NCBI GenBank assembly: GCA_949358305.1
Contig: OX442314.1
Coordinates: 20,336,001 to 20,400,000, forward strand
Direction: 5' to 3'
DNA: 64,000 nt
DNA from: Strigamia acuminata
Taxonomy: Eukaryota
The notes under the pieces: model-generated
Seen by the model: only the letters and a program-made list of their open reading frames with translations
Databases searched by the model: none
What the model was told of the DNA's origin: nothing
Position numbers and translations under genes: made by a program
Shown: piece by piece, positions 50,701 through 64,000 of the stretch
How positions within the stretch are numbered: the first letter of the stretch is position 1
Layout: each line of letters starts with the position of its first letter

Positions 50701-52304
50701 CACTGCAACTATGAAACGGAAACGTTAATTAATTTTAGTTAAAACTATAACATTTTTTAAAAAATTACTTCTCGCATATAGAGTGGACAAATTGGACCGC
50801 CATCACTTTAAGTTTAGCATTGGTGTTTGTCCCGTATAAACATTCAAATACAACTTGGATGCACGCTGGGAATTTGCTCGTGGCTTCTTTAGATTTAAGC
50901 AAATGATGAAAGATCTTCAAACGGATTCTGGTGTTCGCTGGTGATCGTTTTAATTCATGTTTCACGTTTTGCTGTTAACGAAAGAAAAAAAATTCAATTT
51001 ATATAAATTAGGGAGTAGCAATAGACACTCACAGCATCTTTTTGGAAAATAGAGCCGAGGAAAATCGAGTACAACTGCATGACGAGTGTAGGATTATTCA
51101 TGTTAATAGACGAACCAGCTCTTTTCAGCTCCATATCGGCGGCATTTGCAATACTATGACGCGTGTCGGACGAAGCAATGATTAAATGCAGAGCTACATC
51201 GCCTTCTGGTAATACACCTAGACTAATGTATTTTACTATTCCAAATTTAGTCTTAACAAATAAAAATAAAATTACTAGGAGTAAATAAAAAATTGCGAAT
51301 TTGTCGTTTACTTGTTCCAACTCTTCAGGACTCAAAGTATTTTCACTCGTCACTCTTTTGAAGGAGTATTCGCTCATTCCTGGTGGCGCGTTTATTGCGG
51401 TTGAATCGGTAGTTAAATTTGTACTCGATTTACTCATTAGTTGACTAGAAACACTAAAATTAATTCTTAAGGTGAATTCTCTTTTTCTTTTCTTTTATCC
51501 ATACCCATACGGCAACAGAAGAACATCCAGCATAAAATCCAATAGTAATTTTGCAATTTTCGGTTTCTCATTCAATCGAAACAACGATTTTTTGTCATTT
51601 TCAGATGAAACATTGACATGACTCAAAACTGGCATTAACATTAACAAAAGACTGAAAAATAAAAATCATAATTACCGCACGGAAAGCCAATTCATGGTTC
51701 TGTTTACCTGTCTTGTTGTGACTGAGGTTTATTTTCCAAACTATTTAATACAGATGGAATTAATTCGGCCTGTTTTGAGACTTCCAGTCGTGGATATCCC
51801 AATTTAATGTAAATAATTGTAAAATTCTATAAGAAATTTTTTTTTTAAAAAAAAAGATAAAAACATACGTAAAGTATTTATATAAATTAAGAATTAATTT
51901 CGTTACTGTCACAAAAGAAGTCGCAGCCGGATCCTGGTACTGAAGTAACAGCGCATCCACCGGCAATTGAATTAGGGGCCGACTTTTAATCCGTTTATTT
52001 ATGTGAACGAGTAATTCCATCACCTGAAAGCAAAACATTTTTAAAACGCAATTTTTTTTAAAATTTTTTTTTAGTTTTTCGTATTATTTCTTATACTTTT
52101 TTCCTCACGCCTTCTTGCTGACTTGACAGTTTTAAAAGAACTGGGGGTAAAAATTTGCAAACTGCATTTTGTAATTGTTCATCGGTTTCAGCTAAACCGA
52201 CTCGCAACAGCACTCGATCGAGCAAAGCTGTGAACATTTAAAATTATTATTTACAAGTGGATTGATAATGCGTAAACAAACTCACCGAGTTCCACGGAAG
52301 CCAT
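44790..52304 (-). CDS. ECM29: Proteasome adapter and scaffold protein ECM29, many exons
   Basis: [127 protein letters not shown]. Confidence 0.97.
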
Positions 52305-52493
52305 TCCTGAATCACTCAATGTAAAATGTTGTTCCGTCGATTTTACTCGAAAGAGTGCGCTGTTATAAATTAAAAATTAGTACGTTTTAGTGTCAAACGT
52401 GGTGCTATTGGCTACTTAAAGACCGGTCGCGATCGAGCCCATCCACTAAACTAAAACCGGCATTAAAAAAATTTGTTGCACACTAAATTCAAC

Positions 52494-53906
52494 ATGGCAA
52501 CGTCGACTGTGGAAGATATATCCCTTAAAGATGAAGACTTGAATTTAGATCCATCAGTTAAAAACGTAATCGATCAAACGTCCTTGAAATGGATATTTGT
52601 AGGGGGAAAAGGTGGTGTAGGCAAAACAACCTGCAGGTTAGATGAGTGTTCTGTTTGAGTATTTTGTTGGAACAAATATGGAAACTGAAACAAAATGGAA
52701 TGTCATGTTTTAACTCGTTTAACAGTTGCAGCTTGGCGATTCAATTGGCTAAAAAGAGGGACAGCGTGCTTATCATTTCCACTGATCCTGCACATAACAT
52801 ATCGGATGCATTTGATCAAAAGTTTTCCAAAGTTCCAACCAAAGTTAAAGGATTTGAAAACTTATGGGCAATGGTGAATTGAGAAAGAAAAGTAAATTAA
52901 TTATAGATTTACTCATTTATTTTTTACATTTGCAGGAGATTGATCCTAATCTTGGGTTTTCTGAGTTGCCCGATGAATATTTTGATGAAAATGGTAAGCG
53001 CAGCCATTTTGTTTGAAGTTGATTTTGATTTAATTTGAGGAAATTAAATTGCAGATGCGATGCGAATAAGCAAATCCGTTATGCAGGAACTAATGGGTGC
53101 CTTTCCCGGTATCGATGAAGCCATGTCGTACGCAGAAGTGATGAAATTGGTGAAAGGGATGAATTTTAGTGTGGTTGTTTTTGACACTGCGCCCACTGGT
53201 CATACTTTGAGGCTTCTTTCGTTCCCAGCGGTCGTAGAAAAAGGCTTGGGGAAACTTTTAAGACTTAAAAACCAACTGAGTCCCTTCGTCTCTCAAGTTT
53301 GTTTTGATTTAAATATCGGGGATGAATTTGAAATTACGTTTTTGCAATTTTAGATTAGCCGAATGCTGGGCTTAAACGATTTCAATGCCGATGAAATGTC
53401 TTCTCGCTTAGAAGATATGCTGCCCGTGATTCAGCAAGTCAACGAACAGTTCCGCAATCCTGTAAGTCACCGGCGTTAATTAATGTGCAAATATTTTAAG
53501 AGATTATTTCTAGGATCAAACAACGTTCATCTGCGTGTGCATAGCCGAGTTTTTGTCGCTGTACGAAACCGAACGGCTGGTTCAAGAACTAACCAAGTGT
53601 AACATAGACACGCATAACATAGTGGTGAATCAATTGCTGTTCCACAGTGGCAATGAAAAACCATGTCGCATGTGCGCAGCTCGGCACAGGATCCAAGCAA
53701 AATATTTGGATCAAGTAAAAATTAAATAAAAGGATTGTTTGGAACATCCGAATGATGAGTTTTGTTTTTATCTCCAGATTGCAGATTTGTATGAAGACTT
53801 CCACATCACAAAGCTGCCTTTATTAGACCACGAAGTGCGCGGCGTCGATCAAGTGAAAAACTTCTCCAAGTACCTTACGGATCCTTATTCTCCCGATTAC
53901 AGTTAG
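52494..53906 (+). CDS. ASNA1: ATPase GET3/ASNA1 (TRC40), multi-exon
   Basis: [91 protein letters not shown]. Confidence 0.98.
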
Positions 53907-54032
53907 CGAGAGGAAGTAGTTACATTTTAAATGTTTGCCGTTTTCCTTGCGCTCAAATTTATTTCCACTGTTTTGCATTACAATGGGGAATTTGTTTTTG
54001 TATTGGGAAACCATTAAATTTTTTTTCATTAT

Positions 54033-56963
54033 TTATGTTTTCGTTCTCTCTCCAAAATACACAATAGACCACAATGAAAAAAATATAAATGATGTGACGA
54101 GTGAATGGAAAGATTCGTATAATAATTTAGGAGCAAACACTGACCATGCAAATAAATGATTTCTTAAAATTGTTAAACTGAGAATTGTAACGGCGACTGG
54201 CAGAGCACGAATGAGGCAAATCAACGAAGAAATTGACATTATCACGTCAGATAGTCTAGATGATGAAAAAAGAAAAAGAAAGGATGAATTATAGACATTT
54301 AAACAGTGTGGTAAAAGGTTACCTGGGTTTATTTCGTTGATGTTCGAGTCGAAAAAGCAGGCTGAAAATCCAGAAAATGAATCCGGAATATGTGTGACAG
54401 ATGAGAAGGAATGTAACGAAAATTGGATAATAATCTGATAATCCAATAAATCCAGTGGCAACGTCTATTCTGGATAAACTGTTGCTGTTCCCCTATTAAA
54501 ACAGCGAGATAGATTAATTTTCATCAATCGTTAAGAGTAGTGTTTCCTACGTACTTGGTAGAAAAATGATGTCATCGCTAAGAGGTAATAAACACTCGTT
54601 GTAGATTTGTTGTTAAGCGGCTTAAGAAATTGGGATATAAAATATTCTTCGAGGTTCATCAAGGCCAATAAGGCAACGTTGTGCGGTCTCATTAAGAAAG
54701 AACTCAGCATCAGCCAACAAGATATTAATGAAGACACCGACGGATTCTTCAGAAGAATTGACGCGGTGATAAAATAAACCGATCCGGATAAAAACGGTAA
54801 ACTCCTATTTTTAATTTGATGTGAGAATTAAATTGGGAGTAATAAAAATTAAATCAAATTACTCACTTTAGGTAGGATAAATTAAACAATTCTGATATTT
54901 TACAGATGTAAATTAACGTAAACCCTGTAAATGTGCAACTTGTTAGGAGTTTGTCACACTTTGAGTGTTGGTACCGTATTAAAAATATCAAAGTGATTCC
55001 ACATAACAGCGTAATTGATAGAAAAATATTATTCTCAGACCTAAATTCAAAAATTCAAAATAAAATCAGGTATTGGTTGTGATTTATGAGTATTTTTCGA
55101 AGCGTTACTTGTTGACCCATTTGTTAAAATCATGCAACGAGGCCCATTTGTCTCCAGTTTGATTCCAATTTCTCATAAATCGACTGCATATCCAGATGAA
55201 AATGACGTGACTACAACGCTTGGAATTTTTGAGCGATAAATTCTCCAATAAAAATATAAGATACAACGTTGCCGAATAGAAGTACCACAACATGTGTTCT
55301 TCTTCAATAAAACTTGACGAGAAGAAACTTAAAGAATGCAAAATCCATGCCAAAAAACAGAATTTGTCTAAAACAGAATAATTCGAGAGATTTTTCAGTT
55401 GCTTCGATTGAATGAATAAAGCAAAGGCAAAAACCTAAAAAAAAAAAAAGTAAAAGTTTTAAATAAATAAATAATTACATTTTAATTTCTGGTTCAATAC
55501 CATCCATGCTATGAAAACTGCCAGTAAAACGAGACGTAAATCTTGATCAGTCAAATTTTGACTTAATTCTTGACTTAATTCATTAATTGCATTTCGGTAT
55601 GTTTCTATTTCTCTCGAAATATCATCGAACGATTGATTCCTATTGTATTTCTCCAACCATTTACGATGCATTTTCACAGCTTCGTGTTGAGTTAACTCAT
55701 CAAAGTCATCTAAAACTTTCCACATTTAATTAAATTATTTTTAAAAATTATTAAAAACAAAATATACCTTTTGATTTACTCATTTGATAAAAATTAGCTA
55801 ACATCGCGTATAATTTTTCCCGCGGTTTTAAATCGATCAAAACATCACTTAAAACAACACCTAAATTATTTTTAGGCATCGGTAAATTTAACAACACTGA
55901 TAAAGTTGGCGTGATTGATATTTGATTAACATTTTTAACGCTTTGATTCATGAACCGCTTATGGTTGTGAATGAAAATCAAAGGGACTGATGTTTCTTCT
56001 TTCGATGCACCACCGTGATTTCCACTATCACTCATACCATGATCACCACATATCACTATCATGGACGGTTCATCCTACTGGTACAAATCGAATTAAATTA
56101 ATTAGAATTTTCATATTTAAAATGCAGTTAATGTACATTACACGATGTTCCAATTCCCCGTGTAATTTTTCGATCACTTGGTCCATTTCTCTTAGTTTTG
56201 GTGGCACTAAAGCACTAAATGGACCCTCTTTGTGGCCAATGTGATCCAAACCTAGATAATGAAGAATTAAGAAATCCCAATCTATTCGTTTTAATTCGTC
56301 GTGTAAGTTTGTGGTAACATTATTGTCAACTTCGGTGTAATCTGATACGAAAAAACTTGTAGTTCCTTCACTTCGTTTAAAATGATGTGGAAATAGTTTT
56401 AACCACGTGTCATCTCCGTAAAATGCAACATTTTTTCCATTTAAAACTGACTGAGTAACAATATTATCTTCCTCGAATTCAGTTGAGTGGAAATTAAAAA
56501 CCACGTCCATAAAACCAGGTATTCCACCGCTTGTAATTGCCTATAACGATTTATTTAGCTTAATTGCATCACTAAATTCAAAATAAATTCATTATTTTTG
56601 CTTTATATATATATATATTAATACTTTGATTCTTGGTAGAGTTACGGTTGGATGATGAGTTTTGGCTAGGAATAAAATGGCTTTATTCTCCTTCAACATT
56701 CTGCTTAAGTAGGGAAAGTTGATTACACTCTTATCATTTGTCACAAAATCTGTTCGCAACGCATCGATGATAATAAAAACCAAGTTTTTCAGTGAAAACG
56801 TGTATGGAATTGTGGTGACATTTCTTGAATTCGGTGCTTGTTCTGTCGGAAAATCCCGCTTTTCTGCAAATCCTTCTAAATTCGATTTCATTTGAAAAAA
56901 TCCATTCATAAAAATCAAAATTCCGAATAAATGCAAAAGCCACAGCAGTAGTATTTTCAACAT
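54033..56963 (-). CDS. PIGG: GPI ethanolamine phosphate transferase 2 (PIG-G/GPI7), multi-exon
   Basis: IIIDALRTDFV, PTVTLPRIK, FYGDDTWLKLFP, EGTTSFFVSDYTEVDNNVT, LHYLGLDHIGH, GDHGMSDSGNHGGAS, SSFIEEEH, WNQTGDKW, RNHLFAWSVFAPKLLY. Confidence 0.95.
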
Positions 56964-57343
56964 TTAAAGATTTTGTTACTAATCATTCAACAAACGCAAA
57001 CATAACCCGCCATTTTGTTTAAAAATCCCCTGCTAGCAAGAAAACCTGGTACCCGAAAAATTGAAATCTAAATATATTTTTTTAGTGTAACCAAATAATT
57101 ACTTACAATACGAAATACAACAAGTAAACTGTATATCGAAGTAGGAAAAAAAATCAATTATACCTTTTAAATATAATGTTATTTTTTTAAAATTATAATT
57201 CTTTCATTTAATGTTGCCATCACATTTTACAATAACCATTCGCCATGCCCATGCACTGATTTTGCTGGCGGGAAGAAGTCCCGTTCGGGAAAAGGAATTA
57301 AATTAAATTAAAAAATTAAATTAAACTCCCACGAACACATCAA

Positions 57344-57940
57344 ATGGCAGATGAAAAAAAGAAGGACAAATTATCCCGACCATCCGTGGTCTTACAAAGC
57401 AATAAAAGCAGAGTAACGAATCATATTCAAAATACATATCATCATTTTTATTCTATCAATTTGAAAATAAAGCTTAGAATATTATTTTAAATTTAGTCTG
57501 CACCAAGTGCACCTGCAGAAAACACCTACCGATTGCAACCACCAAGAATTTACAATCGTTGGAAAGTAGAGCCACTGATCCAATCCATGTTGGAAGATGC
57601 TTTAAAAGGAGAAAAATACAATCCTGAGAACATTCGAGCAATTTGTCGAGATTTGACCCACTCGGTCAAAAACAAGGTGGTCGCAATGAATTACAGAAGG
57701 TGAAGAAAGAAATAGAAAAACAAAATTGAATTTGTTAGCAGTAATTTAGAAATTTATTTTAAATTTTTAAGATATAAAATCGTTGTGACTACGGTAATTG
57801 GGCAAGCTTCACGAGGTGGAGGAATCCAAGTTGGAAGTCGTGCTCTAATGCAGATGAATTTTGATGGTTATGCGTCGGCAACGCTAGTAAATAATGACAT
57901 TTTTGCTACTTTGCTCGTATATTTCTTAAACTTTGAATAA
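57344..57940 (+). CDS. Tctex-type dynein light chain (TCTEX1D/DYNLT family), three short exons, not in the ORF track
   Basis: Manual splicing gives MADEKKKD...-SAPSAPAENTYRLQP...LEDALKGEKYNP...VKNKVVAMNYR-RYKIVVTTVIGQ...GIQVGSRALM...DGYAS...IFATLLVYFLNFE*, with ENTY and RYKIVV...GQ signatures. Confidence 0.9.
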
Positions 57941-58116
57941 AGAGAATCTAACTACACAATTATATCGAATTGACAATATAAATTATTCTCTAAAATTAAG
58001 CAAAACACAAATTTGAACATTATTGTTTACATTTTAGGACTAGATTATCACATGATTTATCTCAATAACACAAATACAATAGAAATCATTCAATTTAGCA
58101 TGTCGTTTATCTCAAG

Positions 58117-58969
58117 CTAAGCTTGCAAACGTTCGATTTCAGCTTGAATATTCTGCCGAGCTTGTTCTTCATATTTTTGACGAAATTCTTCAGTTGCAAA
58201 AATGTACGGAATTTGAAGAAAACTCTTTAATACCTTAAAAATAAATTTAAAAATAATATTTATATATATACTCGTATATATCTTCTTATAATTGAAACTC
58301 ACTTTAACTCTTAATGCATTATACATCAAATCTGATAGAAATATATATTCTTGTCGAATTAGTTCGGAGTATATGTTATAGTCTTCGAGCGAGTTTCCTA
58401 AAATAGCCATGTCGAAATCTAAAAAATAATGTTTATCTTCAGACCCCGTTTTCCCGAGCTCCATGTGTTCATCAGTAAGATGAGTTTTGGTTAAGAGGAT
58501 TAAATCCGTAACTTGGACAAACAGCGGCGACTCCTACAAACATCATAAAAGCCATTTAAAATTTAATACAAATAAAAATGAATTTAAACGCAACCAATTA
58601 CCGTAGGAATTTGTGCTTCTTTTGCAAATTCTTTGAACAATTCTGCGCTTTTCTCTTCATTATCAGATGTTTGTGGATTGTAAGTTAAACTATAACAAGT
58701 AAAATATTGTTTAACATATCTCTTTATCTCTCAAAGAAATCTTACTCGTGGAAAAATACTGCAAATGCTACCGCATCTTTAGACTGTAAATGACTGCTGC
58801 ATCGATCATAATTTTGGAAAATTTGAAAAATGTGCTTCAAATTGTGATATTTTCTCGATTCCCGACTGTAGTCCTCCTCCAATTTTAACCACCATTTCTC
58901 ACTTATTTCTGACGAATACGAGGCAGTTAAAACCTCCCATCGAGCTTTTAAATCGCGAGAATAGCTCAT
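58117..58969 (-). CDS. Predicted metal-dependent HD-superfamily phosphohydrolase (COG4339-like), four exons
   Basis: YSRESRKYHNLKHI, AVFFH-D(spliced)LTYNPQTSDNEEKSAELF, LILLTKTH, FLDFDMAILG, Y..YSELIRQEY, EEQARQNI. Confidence 0.88.
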
Positions 58970-59374
58970 ATTATCTTCTGTTCAAACGACGACCACCTGA
59001 AAGCAGGAGTGATGTAATGTTACTCAACCATATGACTCATCGTAGAGATGGTGCCATTGTCCAATCACATAGAAGTTCACCGCATTGTTCGATTGGCTTT
59101 TGCAAATATTTATCTCCATCACGATTGGATGATAAATCTTGGGCGCAAAGTTTAAATTTTTTATTTGTAACAACGCGGTTGTGATGTATTCAAATGTGTA
59201 TTAAATTACTTCTAAAATAAAAAAATAAAATATTGCGTGCATAAACAAAGCGTTTTGGATCATGTAGTTTTGGTTTAAACCTTTTTTTGGAAATAAATAA
59301 AAATATAAACAGCAAAAACGTTTAATTTTTCTATTCACTATTAGGAATGGATACTTTTATACACTTGGTTAAAA

Positions 59375-61329
59375 TGGCAGTTTTTCTTTTTTCCCCCACA
59401 GGCAACAAAAATTAAAAAGAGAACACTATTAATTAGGTGATTATATTTACTAATCACCAATACTAAATAACAATTCTGGCAGTACTGAACAGCACAAAAT
59501 AAAGTTGCTTAACTGCTTAAGTTATAATCAAATAAAAATTACAAAATAAAATTACAAATTTGTATGACATGAAAATTAGAAAATAACATTAAACTTCTAA
59601 TGATCAAAGCGAAAAATATTTACCAATTTGTTTTCGTCATATTATACATTAGCTAATTTTTAATAATCAACTTTTTTCTAACACCACAGTTAAAATAAAA
59701 ATCTTGATCTTATAACACCACAAAAATGACATATTTGTCAATTTTTATAATATACACAAAAAAATTATGTATTTATAACATAATCCAATTCTCCATTACT
59801 TCTTACAAAGTTGTAATTTTGAAGTTGAATTAAGCCTAATAATACAATTTTACTATTTACAGTGTGTACAATTTTTAAAAACCAGCAAATTTTTACATAT
59901 TTTTATTCTTTTGCCCGTTCCATTTAATTTCATTATTTTTCAATAATAATTAAATATGACATGTTGAATAAATTCCGAAGTTTACTCATTGTTATTAAAG
60001 CCATAAGTGTGCAGTTGGGAGAAAAGCTGTCAAATACAAAGTGAGTAGAAAAATACAAGGTCCAAACAAAAAACTTCCAGACGAAATGATGATTTGTTAT
60101 GGAGAATGATGGTATAAATGGTCACTAGTTTTGCTTTGAATTTAATTGATTTATTTCCTGAGTTATTTCATTTCTTAAGACATAACTGTTTATTGTACTT
60201 CACAACTCTTCATATCCACTCACTTTGTAGGCAGCTCGTATTTAGGCTATTAACCAGAGTTTATGCCAGTTTTCTTTAAAAAAAATTCCATGTATACCAT
60301 AATAAATATCAATCATTTCGAAATAATTAAAAAATAAAAGAAAAATAGATACATAATTCGAATGAATTTTAACATTAAATGTTGAACAATAACAAACGAG
60401 ACATAATTTCCTTGTCAACAGATTTCAGTTTAAAAACAAAGACTTAAACTCTGGTTAACTTTTAAAAGTGTTTTACTTAAATGCAGTTATTCTCTATTTT
60501 GTCTCGTACGTGACCCAATTTCTTATTTGAACAGAAAAAAAGCCTTTCTTTAAATGTTATTTATACACTAAGTTGATTAGTTTTTGTCTTCTTATCCTGG
60601 CAGTGAAATACAAAAACAAAATCAGAGTAATAGTAAACTTAAAAGAATTTAATTATTTCCAGCGGATGAAATATCACAGTTAACTGTGGCAGTGTGTGTC
60701 ATAAGTCAGGCTAATATCAGAGTAGAGAACGCAAACACGTGTTCACTTGACTTGCAAGTTTTTTTCCTTTTAAAATCCTTCAAAAACCCCCTAACTAGAC
60801 AGAAATAAAGTCAACTAATTTTGGCAGTTCTTGACTGGTTCCAGTACAACTTTTTAACTATGTACCAAACATTCTATTCGAGTCAGACACATATGACCAC
60901 AAAAACAATAAAACCTAAAACCGGAAAATTAAAAATCAATTTTTTAAAAAGAAAATTGCCATGAACAATTTCTTTTTCTATAATTTTCATAATTTTCATA
61001 GTTTTCACAATTTTCACTTGCCTAATCGAATTAGTTCACCAGTGCAAGTAAAAACGTGTGCATTAATAAATTAAAACATCTACGTACGTGTCAACATATT
61101 AAAACAATTTCAAACTGTAAAATTAAATGCACTGGTTGACAACACATGAAGTTTTGTATAATCTACTTCAAATTAATACTCGTGTTGATTACGCCCATCG
61201 AGGTGTCTACACCGCTCCAATTACGCCACAAAATGCGGCCTCACTGCAATTAAAACAAAAACCAATTAATCACAACAAAAACCAACTAATTACACAAAAT
61301 AATTAGTCCAACCCAGTTAAAGTAAATGC
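59375..61329 (-). promoter_or_regulatory. Long 3' UTR carrying clustered miR-34, miR-277 and miR-2 (K-box) seed matches
   Basis: Plus-strand TGGCAGT at 59375, 59477, 60598, 60687, 60822, TAAATGC at 60478, 61124, 61323, and TATCACAG at 60672. These read as target sites on the minus-strand mRNA. Confidence 0.65.
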
Positions 61330-61487
61330 GCGTTAGTCCAAATAACAAAACAACGTTTACACATGATTAGTAATTTTTCTCAGTACGAAAGAAGAGCAAA
61401 GTTTAAGGTTTTTAGTACTCTCGCGTTTGTTGCAAAGCATGCGATTGGAAAGACATGTAGTTCGCTATCTATTTTCTACCCATTAAT

Positions 61488-64000
61488 TTACGTCCTAACT
61501 CGACCCAGTCGCCCAATGCGGTGCAGGAAAGGTGCAGCAAACTCACCCGCTGGTCTGCTCATTCCAGATGGCATGGGCCGAAGACCATAGTCCATACATG
61601 GTCCGGTCATTTCATTCATGTACAAATGCGAGTTATCCAACTCCGGTAAAAGCGGGCGAATAGGAGGCATCATCCCATTCATAGGAGGCAATGGCATTTG
61701 TGGAGATGGATTCATCGGTCCACAAGTGGCGGCCGCACTCTGTTGAGACAAGTTTAATCTCGCCACTCCAGCCATACTCGAATGGCCCCTTAAATTCGGG
61801 GGCGGAACAGTCATATCTGGCAGCTGAATCACCGAATTTGGTGGATGAGGAGGATGAATCTGACTGTGCGGCGGAGGCGGCGGGATGCTAAAGTTTGGCG
61901 GTGGAATCGACAAGTTGGGCATCAAGGGCAACAGACCACCGCTGGGTGGTGTCGGCAGAGGTAGATTCGGCGCCATTTGGCGGGAGAGCGGAGTGGAAGT
62001 AGCGGAGGGCGGCGGGGGAGGACGGGGAGGAGGCGGTAAAGGGGACACGCCGGAGTTTAGTAACGGCGGAACGTTAGGCACGGAGCTCATCAGGGGGTTC
62101 CTGGGTGGTGGCGGCAGCGGCGGTTGCGACGGCGTTTGCGCGTTATTCGTCGCTATTTCGCCCGAGTTGGCTGCTTTTTGATTGTTACTCGACGCGGAGG
62201 GACCGTAGGAGGCGGTGGTGGCGGTAGCGGATGCTTGGGACGCCGTGGACGACGACGGTTGATTCCAATCCCAATCCTTTCCCTTGGGCCGGTACTTGCT
62301 GAACTTCATAGCGGTAGAGCCGGCGGTGTTGGTCGGCGCCGAATTGGTCGTCCAACCGCTATGCTCCTTGTGGAAAAACTTCTTCTTGAAATGACATTCC
62401 AGCTTGTGATTGGCCGCGTTCTTGTTGTAGCTTCCGCTGTCCCTTCGCCGCTCGCGTTTCTGCGGCCGGCACGAGTACGGACTGCTGGAGCGCGACCTGG
62501 ATCTGCTCCCGCGAGCGGTGGGTTTCGACCGATCCATCATGCTGCGTGGGCTTCGACTCCGACTCCTGCTCACTCCGCTCTCGATGCCCGGATTGTGGCA
62601 GTGTGGCGAGTAAGGCGGAGTGCAGGGTCCTCGTCGTGGATGTGGCGGCGTCTGCGGCGTGGGCGGCCTTTCGGGGGATGGGGTACGTGGCGGAGTGTCG
62701 GGAGGTGTTCTCGGTCCCTTCCTGGTCTCTTGCGTGTGAACCACTTTGAATTTGATGGATAAAGTACTGTCTCTGTACCTATCGACGCGGTTTTTATGCA
62801 CCACCGAGTCCACCACCCACTGCTTGTGTACTACTTTCTCCTCGGGTTTCCCGGGCGAGGGCGACGCTTGACTCGTGTTTTCGCTGCTCCCATTCTCCAC
62901 GCTTTTCCTCCTCATTTCTTTGCTTTTGTCGATTTGCGTGGATGCCAAAGCGAATAACTTGTCAAATCCGCTGCTGATCTTTGCTTGCCAGTGCCTGTTC
63001 ACGGACTCCCCCGGAGGTTTATTGGTATGTTTCTCTTGAACAGGACTCGAATCTGGGCACGGATAAGATAAAATGTATAAAAATCTGTTAGCAATTCAAA
63101 ATTAAAACCACTAATCGTCAAACTATGTTAGTTAAAGCCAGGATTGTATCAAAACCAATTGAAACCTCTACCATTTAATTCGTTATTTTGCCACCCAATT
63201 CCAGCCCAACAATTTCGCTGTTCTTTCAACCACCGATTGAAATCAATTTCTCTACTTTTATAGCTTTTTCCTCCTCGTGTTTTGAACCGACCATTCACGC
63301 CAAAGGCCAAACAATCCTACCTTTACGGAAAATACAAGAAACTAGAACTACAAAGAAACCACAAAAACATTCCCACACTTACAAGCCACACAAAACTAAA
63401 GAAAAGGAAGAAACCAAATAGTTAGTAATATTAACCATCAAAATTATTTACCTACTAAAAAACTGGTCTACTTGAAACAGTAGCAGTAGTAGTAGCAGAA
63501 AAAAAGGGGTTACACTACTAGAATGAAAAAAATTAAATAAAAAAAAAAAAAAACAAGCAGAAGACATAATGTAAAATAAATTTAAATAAAAAACTACAAC
63601 ATGCATGAAGAAAACGAGCTTAGAAAATCAAATGATAAAATAATATATGTATATAAATATACACATATTTCACAATTGACTTAGTTTTTTTTTTTGGTTA
63701 CACAATTAAAAATCAAACGCTACTTTTCACTGATGCCGTCGCCGCTGACGTTGCCGTTGCCGTTGCCGTTGCCACGACCGTTTTCCGCCCATCTTTCACA
63801 TCCTTCACATCCGCACTGAGTTTGACAACATTAACCGGCGACTGCAACTCCCTCTCGATCGCAGCGTCGACGAAGAGCGCTGCATTGGGCGACGAATGTT
63901 TCTTCGAGCTCGGTCCTAACGTCTGCGTCGGAGGCGAATGTTTTCTCTTTGGTTTCCTATTCAACTTCTCTTCCGCCTTGGCCGCATCGGCGGCCGCAGC
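61488..64000 (-). CDS. 3' part of a large Pro/Ser/Arg-rich, probably nuclear protein (truncated by the window edge; exons >64000-about 63724 and about 63052-61488)
   Basis: GC-rich 504-aa ORF plus an upstream exon with an NLS-like RKPKRK, RS-like and PxTPP repeats, short motifs SGFDKLFALASTQ and HFKKKFF. Family not recognised. Confidence 0.8.

Noticed and set aside
15754..53906. Functional proteostasis cluster (BAG, ECM29, GET3, two GKGGVGK ATPases)
   Set aside because: These are unrelated housekeeping genes in a gene-dense genome, with no operon-like arrangement or shared motif beyond chance.

Overview
Eukaryotic genomic DNA from a compact, AT-rich invertebrate genome, probably an arthropod (inferred from 55-90 bp introns, a DRE motif, a methuselah-like GPCR and miR-277/miR-2 seed sites). 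The window holds about 17 mostly spliced genes: ZNF207/BuGZ with a U12-type first intron, VPS18, NUBP2, a BAG3/starvin-like co-chaperone, a divergent nicotinic acetylcholine receptor alpha subunit, a BC-box/LRR protein, a methuselah-like GPCR, ECM29, ASNA1/GET3, PIGG, a Tctex-type dynein light chain, an HD-superfamily hydrolase, four small two-TM proteins, an orphan ORF and the 3' end of a proline-rich protein. There is a MITE-rich island at about 18.4-21.6 kb. The most unusual object is a 2.26 kb minus-strand LTR element (28616-30876). It has 120 bp terminal repeats, a 31-nt tRNA-Leu primer-binding site, no gag-pol, a frameshifted baculovirus-F/errantivirus-type env remnant and an intact extra ORF. 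Also notable are a 3' UTR with five miR-34 and three miR-277 seed sites, and a dispersed set of two-TM proteins with PY-motif tails. All calls were made by eye and no searches were run.
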